From: Catajapyx aquilonaris
Lineage: Eukaryota
Reading direction: 5' to 3'
NCBI GenBank assembly: GCA_000934665.2
Contig: KZ538213.1
Span: forward strand, 1 to 64,000
Length of the DNA stretch: 64,000 bases
Shown here in pieces: positions 1 to 13,304 of this stretch. The notes below the pieces were generated by a model. It did no database searches, was not told where the DNA came from, and worked only from the letters and a program-made list of their open reading frames with translations. The first letter of the stretch is position 1. Every line of letters starts with the position of its first letter. A program made the translations under genes and the position numbers.

Positions 1-275
1 CTTTTGCACACGCGTACTAGGGTTGCATAGGAAAGTTCTACTATTATTCCTTGATTGTAGGGTTTCTAAAGAGCCCATTACGCTACACATTTTTTTTAAA
101 GCCCATACACTGTTCCCCAAAAATTGACGGAAAAGTACCAAAAATCGGAATTTTTTCCATAAAAAGGACCCTGGAAAACCACAGTTTCTATAAAAGATTG
201 ACTTTAAACACCATAGTGGCTTCAGACTAGACCCAGGTAACACCTAATGCCAGCAAAAACAAAATCCGAAACTTA

Positions 276-348
276 CAGTGGTTGCCAGACCTGGAAATAG
301 GCCAAAAAACGTCAATATTTTGAATTTTTCGCATTTTTGGTCACCCTG
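276..348. mobile_element. Possible MITE remnant with CAGGGTTGCCA/TGGTCACCCTG-type termini
   Basis: CAGTGGTTGCCA at 276 and TGGTCACCCTG ending at 348 are imperfect inverted ends. No clear target-site duplication. Confidence 0.3.
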
Positions 349-3300
349 ACCCACTGCAGATTTTGGGAGAGAAATCCCGGGCGTTTCCCAGCTACTTTGG
401 GTCCTACTAACATGATGTGCATAGTGGTTTCCGAATAACACGCCGAAAGTTTTTTTTTGTTGCGCTGTGTTATTATTCATATACGCATATCTGCCGGTGA
501 AAAGGATAAAACAACTAATTCACTCATTTCAGATTTACAGTATAATGGTAAAAAATGGATGGAAGTCATTTCAAAACTTTGCTCCTTATTCTGGTACTTT
601 CTGCAGGACATTATAAAGTGATAAACGTATTTAAGTTGTCATATTTGAGATGTTTGCTGATGGTCCCATTATTGAAGTGAGCCTTTCTGTAGAATCAATA
701 AATATTTTCTAATCAATATCTCCGTTTTGAGCAAAGTTGGACTCGAGATATTTCCCACCAACTCATATTATTATTCCTTTCAAAAAAAAAGATTAACTAC
801 GGCTTCTATACACCTCACAATATTCCAGAATGCAACAAGGAATTTTTCCTTTTTGACATTCCGACTGCAAAGATTGGCGACTCTGATTGAAAAAAAGTAC
901 GAATGGTGGCTGCTGCATTGGGCAAAGCCAATCCGAGACTGTTCTGAGAGAGAGAAAAATTGTGGAAGGAAGATGGTGGGGTTTTTTTTTGTGCTGCAGG
1001 GGAGAAAGTGAGTCATCCAAAGGATGCTGGTTTACAGAAGCAATGAGTCGGGACCTAGCTGAGGAAGGACCTTAAGCCATACGGATCCGGTGTAGGATGA
1101 AGATAAAGAGACCCTTTTTTTCTGTTCTGTCTTTTCCCCCCTCCACACATTTTTTTCTCTCTCTCTCTTTCTTTCTCCATTCTTAGGAAACATTGATGTT
1201 GGCGGATTACACGTCGCCCCAAAATCAAAATGGAAAAAAATCCCTGTATAAACCTACGCGGAAGCCTTGGTCATCAAAGATGACTCCTTGAGCAAACTGA
1301 AACCAACGGGGTGGATTGGGTTTTTAGGTGTGTTTGTGGATCGAGAAAGTAGAGATGGAGAGGTGGAAAGACCACTTGAGAAAAGCCCCGTAACGGAGTT
1401 TTATTCGCCTTCGAATCCGGGCGACAAAAAGAAAACCTCAGAGGAAAAAAATAAAGAAAAAAAAACGCGAGGATCGAACCCCCCGCCATTTGATTGATTC
1501 CATTGAGTTCCCCCCCCATTATTGCAATTTAATTACTGCCCTAATCATGCGGCCTGTACATTCTTTGCAAAAATGGCCTACAGCGCACGGGGGATACACT
1601 CCTGGGACCGGAGCAAATTCAATGGGAAGCGACATGATTAGTGGGACCCACTTCCAAATGGATTCTCTCGTGGGGGTTATTTTTGTATTGTATACACAGT
1701 GCCTCGTAATTTGCAGGGGGATGCGATTGGTATCCAGCAAATTTCAACCGGATTTTGAGAGCCTTTCATCAGTGGTATACCCAGAGTGTAAGACATCATG
1801 TTTCCTAGAGGCAAAAGAACGTGGCGGCGCTAATGACCATTGATTAAAGTCTCTTCTTTTTATTACCACTACTTGCAGAAACTTTTCTAGGGGAAGAAGT
1901 TGGGGGGATCTTAAAAGGAGCGCAATTTGTTTCTGATGAAATTTCTTTGCGCTCATTTGCCGGCAGAAGGGAAGGGGGAAAATGCAGGCCATTCGTTCGC
2001 ACTTGGTTGGATTTAGCAGACCAGCAGGCTTCTGGGGGGTTCCTTTGATCTGAGAGTATCTGATGGAGCTGAAAATATTGGTCTGGCGGTCAGAAAAGGA
2101 ATTCAGGACCACTGAGGAGCCAATTTACTAAGAGTGAGATCAAGAGCCGGCTTTAAAAAAAATCGGTCTCAAGTGCAAAGCAGTATCATTGCGCTACAGT
2201 ATTTTTTTTTAAATGATTCACACCATGAATAATCAGATGTACGTAGAATTATTTAGTACAATACCTGCAGGGAGTAAAAATTGCTTGTCAGAATTTTTTT
2301 ACAATGCAATTTTTATGCAGGCTTAGTGTGCACTTGGAGTAGGTTCTTGGTTACGTATATAACATACAGCTTCTATGAGTTACACTGCTACAGTGTGCAT
2401 AGAAAAATTAATAATAAGGTAGAGAATTCACACGCTTTGGCTAGTCCTATTACCTTTGAAGTGCTAAAAAGTGTGCCAAGATCAAAGCACAGTTACTTTC
2501 GCACACCAAAATGAGTTATTAGTACAGAAGCACACACAGTATACCCTGTAGCCTTTTGCCTGAAAATTGTTTACATCATCATAATAATTCCGTTGTGAAA
2601 ATTACTTCAGGGGCTGTTTTTTTTTCACAGCTCCAGCACACAAAAGTAACTTCCAAAAAAAAGAAGTCGTCCTTATATAAATCAATTGGTCCGTTGAAAG
2701 TGTTTATCAGTGCGCCTATAACGAATCGCCCCATTTTTGCGGAGCTTATTGAGCCATCGCTAAAACTGCCCATGAAAACATTTTTCCTTCAAAATAGTGT
2801 GTAGCGCGCTGCATTTTAGGGCTGATTTAACGATTATCAGTCCGGTTGGGATTAGCCGGCCATTCCTCTCCAATGAAACTGCGATGGGGCCTCCCAAAAA
2901 TTCTGCATCATTTGTTAGCAATCGAACATGTACCCGGGCTCATTATGAAGTTGGTTTTCTCCATGAATAATGAGAGGCCGGCTAGAGTTGATTTTGTAGC
3001 CCAGCTGAAAATTTTTGTTTTAAAAAAAAGTGGCGAGGGATGTATAATTTTTCTGTTCCGAAAGCGCAGCTTTTCGAATGAGGTAATATATTCCCCATAA
3101 TGCGAGCTTTCAAATGAGACGAGACATTAAGGGGGGGATGGTGCTGGGGCTTCTTCCTTCTTAGGAAATGGATGTCCTGCCAGTGCTTATCCTGAGGGAT
3201 ATTACCTTGATGAGAGGAGGCTGAGCGCGACAAGCGTGGGATTAAAACTCCAAGGGTAGAGAAAGGCCCAGAAGGGTATGCAACACGGTGAATGGATGTG

Positions 3301-5697
3301 TCGTGTAAGGTAATCTACTCGACGGGATTTGTCACGGAATATTGCGCAGTATGAATCGGACAGGGCTCGCTGCAGGCACGTTGATTTTTCACTGTTGGCG
3401 AGCACTGTGGGGGAACATGTGTGCGTGGGAGAATGGTAATGGACGAGTTGGGGCCATGCCTGACCTTTACAGATTGGCCCTTCAACCACCCTACATTTCA
3501 GGTCGTATAGGGCTATACCGTGAAAAGGGCGTCGTTTTATACAGAGTACATGTTATAGATATGATATCAGAAAGTGTCTACCCAATACACACAGTCTATA
3601 TTAGAATCCTTTAGAACACAAGAATTTAACGTGAGTCACGGTCCAGCAATTATTGTGGCACATTTATTTATCAATCACCGTACGAATAACATGTCCCCTG
3701 CATATATTGGAAATATGAATTTAGTAACTTCTGACAAAATGAGATAACCTGCTGTTGGTTTTGATAATGACGTACTCAAACATGCCACCAAACTGCTAAC
3801 AACAATACATTTTTCAGCCTCCGGGCTGCCAAAGTGTTTTCTTGTTGTGCTCGAGCCACTAAAACTAGTTAGGACTGAACCATAGAGGCCCATCATTAGT
3901 ATTCCCAATTAGGCGTGCGGGCACATTCCTGGCCCCGCACATGCAGGGAATGACATGCAGCGCAACCCACCGAAAATGGCTCGTAAACCTGCTGGTAATG
4001 GAGATATTGTCTGTAACACCGCGCATCGTCAGGGGGTTAGTAGTTCCATAATTCCCATCCGCGTTATGGCGTCGTCAGAAATTATTACGGAAGCGAAAAA
4101 CCTTTTGAGTCGGATTTGGAGTAAATGAAAATTTCGGGGAGGGCTAGAGGATGTTACTAGTAGACCGAATTATGCTGTATACTGCGGAGTGTAATCGAGA
4201 TCCACCGTTTTTTTTAGCTCCCGGAAGGATTTACTCGACTTCCATTTTGTCAAGCTGATTTTTTTTTTTTTTGAACCGGTGCACATTGCTGATCTGGGGC
4301 TTAGCGTGTGAAGAGTGGGGCCGGTGGCGGATTTGGGCTAAGGGATACACGCTTCCTCACTTTACATTGATCTACGCTTGTTGAGCGATTTTTTTTAACT
4401 GTCAGATATAGAGAAAGGGCACGGAGGAATGTGTTATTGATATGGATCGAGTGACCGTGACTTTGGCACAAGGCTGCTGAGGAAAGTGTCTCTTTAATAC
4501 GAAAACTACAATCATATTGTTAAAATGTAAATTCTAAATTCATTCCCAAGCACAATGTTGGACATATTGGTCACTAATTTTTTTCGTCAATAGGCAATCG
4601 AGTCAAGAGAAGAGTTTTCCACTCAATGCCAGTGTCTGATACTTTACTGTACTGTAAAATAGAACAGAAAAAGTACAGAATAATTTAGAGAGTAATGTCA
4701 CCAGTCTTACTTGCACACGACGTAGACATATGGGACTTTGGATCAGAATATAAAATTCGGAATCATCACTCATGGGATCGATTTTATGTCCCTGTATTGC
4801 TGGATATGGTACAGTGACAGCACAGTATACAGTTTTATTGCTGCAATGTACAGGTCGGTTGAAATATTTCTTTGTAGCGTGATGTACTGTATTTATAATA
4901 AGGATCAGGGAGGCATATATTAACATGGCAGTTTCGCCATATTTATGCGCCTATACTGTACCAACACATTACTTCTGCCGGTCAACATATGCATAGTTTA
5001 TGATTATGCTAATATTTGCACTCATGCCGGTCGACTCGGACTACTAAACTGGGCTACACTAAAAATTAAATACAAAGCCGCTGCGGTACTCGTAATAGCA
5101 AAAAAATTCCCACGTGACGCCTCAAAAATGGCATCCAATTTTTTGTGTGTGTGCGAATCCACTGCAGCCTGAGCGACCATTACCGCGAACTGCACGCGCA
5201 GATTTGAAATCAGACAGGCAGATAACAAATTAACCACGCGCTCTTACAGCCATGCAGAATCGACGATGGCCATGCTGCATACACGGGCCCCCCAAAAAAA
5301 TCCGCACAAATTTTTTTTTGTGTGCAACGAACCCTCAGGATGAAAAATGGTATGCAAAAACCTGGATTCATATACAGGGGTTTCACGTATAGAGAAACAG
5401 GGCTAGACATTAGTGCACCGTATTTCCTTGGGGGAAGGATACTATAGCCAGGCAGTCTGGCTTTTTCAGGCGACTATTGATCAGAGGGTGGATTTTGTAG
5501 GCGAGCTACACTCCAGCCCCATTTTGGCATCGCCACGCAAACAAATCGAGCGCAACTCTACTGGCACCCTATCGCTGCCCTTTTTTATTATCGCGTACCA
5601 TATACAGGGTGCTCCAACAAGAAACGAGCCATTAAACAGAGTATGGAGACAGGTTTGGAATAAATGGTGATGTGCAAGGCTCCCCCGGGGTGGTTAG

Positions 5698-6115
5698 TGT
5701 GACGGAAATCCCACCCGAGACGAAGTCTGTGTGACGAGATGAGACAACTGGAAAACATGTCAATAATAATCAGGCTTGTTAATTTATTGTTGGAGCTTTC
5801 TCCTAGAACTTGGAAGATGGAGGCTATAATGAAAGGGTTGGGTTAGTCCTGGGTTCTTTGTGGCTCTCATCAGTCACTTTGTTTGTATAATGAGGTTGAC
5901 TCTGTGGAGGCGTGGTCTGGACCTAAGCCAGGAGATCTGGTCGTTCGTCAATTGATATGGTGTCATGATAGGAATTGATAGGGTGAGGGTGCGTTTATGT
6001 GGTTTAACAGACGCAAATGGATCGCTCCGGTTTCGTTTTAATGGCGGTGTTGTTGTTGTGGAACTCAGAGCAAACTCTCGGGAGATATCGTAGCCTATTA
6101 CAGGGGGGTCGCACA
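5698..6115 (-). mobile_element. Probable solo LTR (418 bp)
   Basis: Begins TGTG and ends CACA. Flanked by a near-identical 5-bp duplication GTTAG (5693-5697) / GCTAG (6116-6120). TTTATT (AATAAA on the minus strand) at 5783-5788, about 85 bp from the end. Confidence 0.45.
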
Positions 6116-9100
6116 GCTAGTAACAAGTGCTTACGAAGAATGATGGGACTGATTACTTCAACCATGATTAAAGTTAGGATGAGTGTTAAAGATGCGTGCA
6201 CATTTTGACTTTTGTGCTTACCATGTAGCCTAATTGTTACTGTTGAAAAGAACGCCTAAGATATGAACTCTACAGCTTTTATAAAATACTGTACCTACAG
6301 ACCATAAAGTAACTGAGCCCATTGTAATAAAACCACATCAGAAAATGGTTAGTGTTGAAGCCCTGCTTGGAATTAAATATTCCTTCGTGCCATTCCTTAG
6401 AGACTAAATGGGGCCACTCTACAAAGCTAACGTTTGTGGCTATTGTTTTATTTACATAGAGCACACTGTAGTTGTACTTCTGCAGGCTTAAGCCAATGTC
6501 GCACTTAATTTATAAATTGCAACATTGTATCCAGAGAGATTACATTATACAGGATGGTTAGTTAATTATGATCCAAAGTGTCGACATTATTTTAAAACGG
6601 AATGATGAGGTGTACTGCGGTTGCTCACCTCTGATGACCTTTCAGTATAGCATGATACCTAACACCACCATGTACTCCTGATTCTATTTCCAGGCTATAA
6701 TCCTACAGCATGCTTTACTAATGCGACATCACTGTAGTCCTGCTACTCACTTTGTGCTCGTCGGTTGGAAATTAATATGCTAATAGAAGAACAAAAGGAA
6801 TACTGTATTTATAGCCTTCCGAGGCTAACAACCACATTTGAATCTCCAAATCGGATCATACCACTTTCGGACATTCAGCATTTTGTGCGTCCTTTCTATA
6901 ATATTTGAGGACGAAATAAGTGAAGGCCTGCAGGTTTTTGCTGCTTTATTTTTATTGCAGTTGCACGATTGGCCGAACTGCACGAAAACCCTCGCTGCCT
7001 TCAGCCATTTTGCAAGGGGGGATGGAGGGGTTAAAAAAAGGACATTTGGCTTCCCTTTCTGTTGACTTAATAAGTGGGGAAGGGAGGAGAATTACTGTAG
7101 GTGCCTCCCTTCTTCTCCCCCTTCATGCAGCCGGAGGGGTATGTTCACCATTGGCCCCTCAGCCTTTTTCAAGCCATTCCTAAGTTCAGCACGTACAATC
7201 CTGAACGATGGCCTTGAATTTCTAATATTTTCTCAATATTAGGGATTACTAAATAGTGCTGTAATTGGTGGGCAAATTGCAGTGCAAATTTGCGCAGGGT
7301 TTCACTTTAAAGATAATTTACCATCCGTGACTTCACCCCGTAAACAAGTTGACTTATCACCTAAGGTAGCAGTAGCTTTCACATTCCCCATTCAACAATA
7401 GAGGGCAGTTTGTCCGCGAAATGACGCATCACCAACGTGCAGGTAGTGCTACTTTCGCCCTGGGAGTGGCAGTAGTGTGCACAGCATATGCGCCAACTGG
7501 TAGTGGATTATCGTACTCTGTCCAAGTTGGGGGGTGGGCCACTGCTCAGTAAATAATATAATTTCTTGTTATAATTTGCTGCCTCCTGTACTCACCTTTA
7601 ATTAACTTAATCGCCTGCAGAGGCGAAATAACAGGTCGCGACAACACCTTTATTTCCATCCTTTGTATCCCCACCCAAGAGGAGGTTGGTACAGTACCAA
7701 GCACCGTAGAGGTCATAAAACTTATCCTGGAAGAAGACTGTAATCAGGTCGAGGAAGGGAAGCCCCCCGTAATCCGGAGCACTAGGCCCGTACCTTTTCC
7801 GGATCCTAGCCTGGGACTTGAGTAACAAGCGTTTTCTGAGGAAACAAGAGAAGGAAGGGCTCTTCTTGCGGAAACTTGCGGTCGGTTTGTTTCAGGTCTT
7901 GGAAACTTTGCGCGTGAGAACTTTGAGGCCAGTTGCAGAGTATCTTTCTTTGCAGATTGTTTGTCTTAGGCAAAGACGCTTTTGTATGTGTGTTTCCTTC
8001 TTGTGCCCCCCCCTTGTTTACGTACTGAGAGAAAGAACTTCTCAAAGTGCTGGGTGGAGGGAAAGCAGGGGAGGGGAATTAATTTTGCCGGTTTATGATA
8101 TTTTCACCTCGACATAATAATTCCATTATAGAGGCATGTGACTTGCTCTTAAGGTTCGGGTTTATAAGCACTTTGCCACAGATTTTGGCTTGCTGCTGTT
8201 CTCTAAACATGGCAACACAGCTGTTTTATGTGTTCAGGGTATGCCAGTGTGGAATGTTTCATTGCCCGTTACCCAAAATATGCTTAATATTGCGAATTTC
8301 GGAAATAATAAAACACGCACTACCAGTATAAGCCTGAACGAACTATCCCAACACTTTCTATGAGGATTCTAAAAATAATTGAATTAAATTCCAACTTCTT
8401 CACTTTTCCTAGTCCTTCTGGACTGCGTAATTCAATCACTAGCGTTACACTAACTCGGATTATGTATTATTTTATAATTATGCGGTGTAGGGCAATGTGA
8501 TATTACGAGTCCTTTAACGCGCAAGCCTTCTGGAACTGTGTCTGGCAGGTGGATGCCCTAATTATGTTCCATGAGTCTGCTTGCATGGTGATAATTTTGC
8601 ATGTTATTAACAACGGTTTCGCATAAAAAGGAGTCGGGTAAGCGCAAATTGCTTTAAAGCTACGCCAGATATACAAGTATCACCACATATCAGTGAGTGT
8701 GTGCTTCAAAATAATCTGTGCCTTACTTTAAATGAATAGTACGTGTCAAAATGGATCCAATTCCGACAACACTATCACTTGAAAGCGAACAATCAGAGTA
8801 GACGATAGTTGGCTGGCTGAGAGAGTAGTAACTTATGGGAACGTCATTCCATCTCTATTCCAGGGGCTTACTGGCCTCATTTCTCAGCACACCCTTCCAT
8901 TGCGATGGACGAACGAATCCAACTCTATTTGTACAAGTGGCCGTAAAACAGATAGCTAAATGGAACAAGGCAGCGCCGAAACTGAAGGGGATCGGTTTCC
9001 TATTTTCCAAACCAAAGCCGATACGACGAACAAACAAAAAGGACAGAAAAGAGGACTTTGCAAAAGTTGAAAATGTAAGGAAACGATGGTTCCGATTGGT

Positions 9101-11314
9101 CCTATTTTACTCCGTGTGTTTGGTCTGTCGTCGGATGTCCTCGATACACCCTTCCGCTTTTTTTTTCCTGTTGCCTTTCCGACCAGTTCCGATAGCTCGT
9201 GGGCGTCTTGGGACGCCGGACGTCAAATGGACTGGCCCAACTACGTAACCCAAGTGCTTGGAGCTTCCAGGACAGGGAACAAGGGTATAGTGGGCGAAAG
9301 GATATCCCGAGCAAAACGACCAGTTGGAACAGGAAGAAGAAGAAAAAAAACAGTGCTACTGCGAATTTTCTGTTCAGTTTTCTTCACTTGGAGCAGCAGG
9401 ATCGTTGAATGATTTATGAAGGGATTCTGTGGGGTCTGCTTCCAAACAACTTCCACGCAAAAGTCTACAAAAGGAATAAATAAACTGAGCCTTGTACAAA
9501 GTGGGGAGGGAAAATTCACTTCCCTTATGTTGGTCTCTGGCTAATTGCTGCCCTCTGTGTAATACAATTATTGTGTAATGTTGAAAAATGTGGTCATCAT
9601 TCGAGAGGATGTTTTGCTGAACTGTACAGGATGGATCTGATATGATTTAATAGATATGTGGTTAATTTTACAGTGGATGTGTTTTTTTTACACCTGGACG
9701 ATTTATTGGATGAAAATTATGTGCTGATTGAAGCAACAAATGTGTAACTCAGGATTCAACTTGATAGAGCGGTTAACCCTGCTTGTTGCCTGAAAAAACT
9801 AAATGAATACTGTAGCTTAATTGGGAATACTAGACGAAGCTTGAAAATAATTTAACATGCGGTCTGCTGCAGCAGTTTGATATTTTAACGGGGGTCAGAA
9901 AAGTACAGTTAATGAACTTGCATTCTAATCTACAGATGGGAATTGCTGCAGTATAATATGAAGACGGCGACGAGAGTTGCTTTAATTATAACTTGAAAAT
10001 GGTATTGACAATGCTCAATGGAGGAGCAGGGAAACATGCTTCACATTAACATGGAGGAGAGAATAATGGCGGGCACTGCGATGCGAACAATGCAATGTGC
10101 CCTCGAACGGCATAAATTAAATTACTCAAATTTTGGTTGTCACGGGCAAAGTTGCAGGCTAGAACAAAAGCACTTGCATGCATTTTAAATGCTTAATAAA
10201 TCTCAATGCACGTTATATTCATGTGTAGTGCAGCAGCACTTTGAGGTTCATTTCCATAATTACAGCATGCAGTTAGCAAACGCTCCTATACGTACTATGC
10301 CAGTACTGAAAACTTTACTCGTAACACATAATGAACTTATTCTCTCCCGTCCGCGTCGGAAAATGAGTGCATATTATTTGAAACATTTCAACCATGCTGC
10401 ATTTTGCATTTTTAATTTTTTCCTTTGGACATTTTTGTGTACAACAGTCCTTTGCTGTGTGCATATACTGAGGTCTTTATCTGCAGGCTATGTAACAATT
10501 GCTCCAGGGCAATGCTTTATGCAACCATGGGAATTGAACGTGACTGTAAAGCTGACCAATAACTTGTTCAAAGACGCAGAAAACGCTGTGCAATGCCTGC
10601 AGGCTATGTATTTTCGCGCGGGCGAAATTGTTTCGTTGCGTGTGGGCGAAGCGTACACATTGTTAATGAAACACGGGCCAATTGTGGTACCTACCCAGGA
10701 CATAAAGGGAATCGACTCGGTTCCCCAGGAAGCTGTAAAAATCTAATCGCCAATCTAGGGAGTGAAGGTGTAAAGTTTACTGATTACATATTATCAACAC
10801 ACTGTTTTTCACTTCAGGAACGTCTATGTAAGCCCTCTCTCCAAATATCTATCTGAAGGCAACAGGTTAAATCACAAAAAAAATAATCTGAAATTGCATG
10901 GAAAAATTATAATGTGCTGTTAAACTCCTGACTTGCGTTTTGATTTCCTGTAGGTTTGTCCTTGCTGTCAGTCATTTCGTGTCTGATTCAGCTTTATGTC
11001 ACAAACTTGTCACAACATGAACCGTGATTATTCATCATTCTTGTCGAAACAACTGCACTATTTTGACAGAATTTGGCACCTGAAAAAACGTGCGCATTAT
11101 TCTCGTTTGTACAAACAATACCTTATCAAGCATTTGTCCAAATTATTTTATGACCACATTGGTATAATCTGCTCACAGCCCCAGAGTGGTAATAATATAA
11201 GACCTCTACTTCTATATTATTATTGGATGACTCATCCCTATATTCGCATGACTGGAGGGGTTGGAGGCCACAAAGACAATTTTTCACTCCATTGAATCCG
11301 GCTGGGGGGATGGA

Positions 11315-11337
11315 AGCAGCAGCAGCAGCAGCAGCAG
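11315..11337. repeat. (AGC)7 microsatellite
   Basis: Read directly from the sequence. Confidence 0.9.
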
Positions 11338-13231
11338 AAAAAATGGCTGTCGACAAGAAGCATCGGCTTAAATTAGTCGAGAGGATTGCTGCCGATTGGG
11401 GTTCCATCCATCGACCATCAGCACAGATTCGACCCATGCACTCCCGGAGATATGATTGAAAACCCAACTGCGGTGGACCCCAGGGTCTGGTATCGCCAAA
11501 ATTAAAACTGATTGCTAGTGTAAATTGCACTCCAAAACAAAAGGGAGCCCAATCAACTGTGCTATTGACAGCCAAGAGAGGCTTTTTGTACTGCATACTG
11601 TACAGAAATTGTGGGAATTAAGTTATTATGATGAGAAGTGGTTTAGAGGACATCGATTTTTCAATGAGTTACCGATTCTGCCTTTTGGATAACAAGTAAA
11701 ATTTTTTGGATGGCTTAGAAACGTCACGTAACACATTTTTCTTCAAAAGCAGCGCTCTCAACAAAAACAGAGGATTAGTTTGCATGACACAAAATCCGTT
11801 TATGTCCCCCCATACACCTGTGGCCTCCACAAAAGTTTAAATTAGTTTTTAATATCACCCCACCCCCCTCTCAACCTTTTCCCCAGGATAAAAAAAATGC
11901 GAGTTCGATTATAACGCCTTGTTTTTGCGGCCGGGTGTTTGGTACAGCACCAGCATGGTAATTCGCCTCATTTGGACAGCAGGTCTATAGTGGTTTTGGG
12001 CTAGGGGTGGAGGGTTTTGCCTTGGCCTGCCAGATAACCTTCCCCCGTATTCATGGCGCATCCCGTGGCCAATTAGGCCCAACCTAGTTATGACCTCCCG
12101 ACACCCAGAGAGAGGACCAGGCTCGGCCCCGAGGAAAATCAAACTCTCTCTCTACTCTACCCTATTCTAGGCCTAGGTTCGGATAAAATCGCAAACCAGG
12201 GGCTGCTTCCATTTCCCATTAGAGCCATTGCAGCTTATCGGAGGGGGGGTGCTGCCCAAAACTCATATTGGGGAGGAGTGGCTATAGAATAATACTATTC
12301 ACCTATACCATTGCATACCCTCCCTTGTGATATCGGGGCTGGTTAATTCCACTGATTGCAGCTCATTAAGTTCCAGGCACTCCCCCCTTTTCTGACAGGG
12401 ATCTTTGGACCAATTTCCTCTTCTTTTTGGATCGTTTCATCGATCTGATTTTTTTGGGGGGGTGCCTTGCAGAAACTCAGGGGCTGCGTCAGAAAGCCAG
12501 AATTTAATCAGAAACCGCATCGTCTTCTTGGGGAATGGACACTGATTAATTTAGCTGTTTTTTGCTGGAAGTTTAGGTTTTTTTCAGCTGAATTGGTCAT
12601 GCACTACTTGCAAGACGAATGAGAAGTATATGAGTATATTAAAAGGGGAAATCTAAAATGCATGTGAAATTTTAAACAACCAAGTCATGTTGGCCTGACC
12701 AAATTAGGAAACTTTACTTTATTTTTGTTTTGAGCAGATATAGCATCTCTGAAGTGTATTAAACTGTACAGTACAGAAATGTTATATCTGTTTAAAACCA
12801 AGAGATTTTTTTTCCTAATTTAGTCACTGAGGCCAACACGACCTGGTTGTAATGGTAGTTCCGCGTGTACCTACCTTTTTGTACTAAAATATGTTAATAT
12901 CGCGAAGAAAAATACGACTAATGCCCACAGCATTAAAGTAACAAACTCCCTGCATAATTTTGGTACCAGCCTAATTTTAGCATCATCGCGTTTTTTTTTC
13001 GCAGAATTCTCAAGAGGACACTGCCTCAAGCTCACTTTAATAATAAATGTTGAGCTCCATTGACAACATAACCTTGTACGCTGAGAAATTGAGCTCCACA
13101 CATTTACTGAATCACCTTGTCAAATATTTACACACCAGTTGTCAGTTTAACACATCCGTGATGTAATTTCTGCCATATTACTGACAATCAGTCGCAATTA
13201 CAAGTTTGCTAATTAATTGGCACGCTCTCAC

Positions 13232-13304
<73 letters not shown>
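13232..13304. repeat. (TAT)n microsatellite, about 24 units
   Basis: Read directly from the sequence. Confidence 0.98.

Noticed and set aside
8376..8386. P3/RCSI-like palindrome TAATTGAATTA (also TAATTGAATTT at 16192-16202)
   Set aside because: Isolated AT-rich matches far from any known promoter; expected by chance.
10189..10746. 185-aa ORF, and similar long ORFs at 18275..18799, 51337..51810 and 55354..55881
   Set aside because: No recognisable domain, non-coding-like composition, inclusion of simple repeats or homopolymers, and no coherent exon structure.
10921..10960. Possible recursive splice sites (AG|GT here, near 40152 and near 46230)
   Set aside because: None has the AG|GTRAGT consensus expected of ratchet points.
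11126..11596. ORFs containing poly-Ala from the (AGC)7 tract, and poly-Pro or poly-ER ORFs at 42446 and 31990
   Set aside because: The open frames are explained by microsatellites; no other coding signal.
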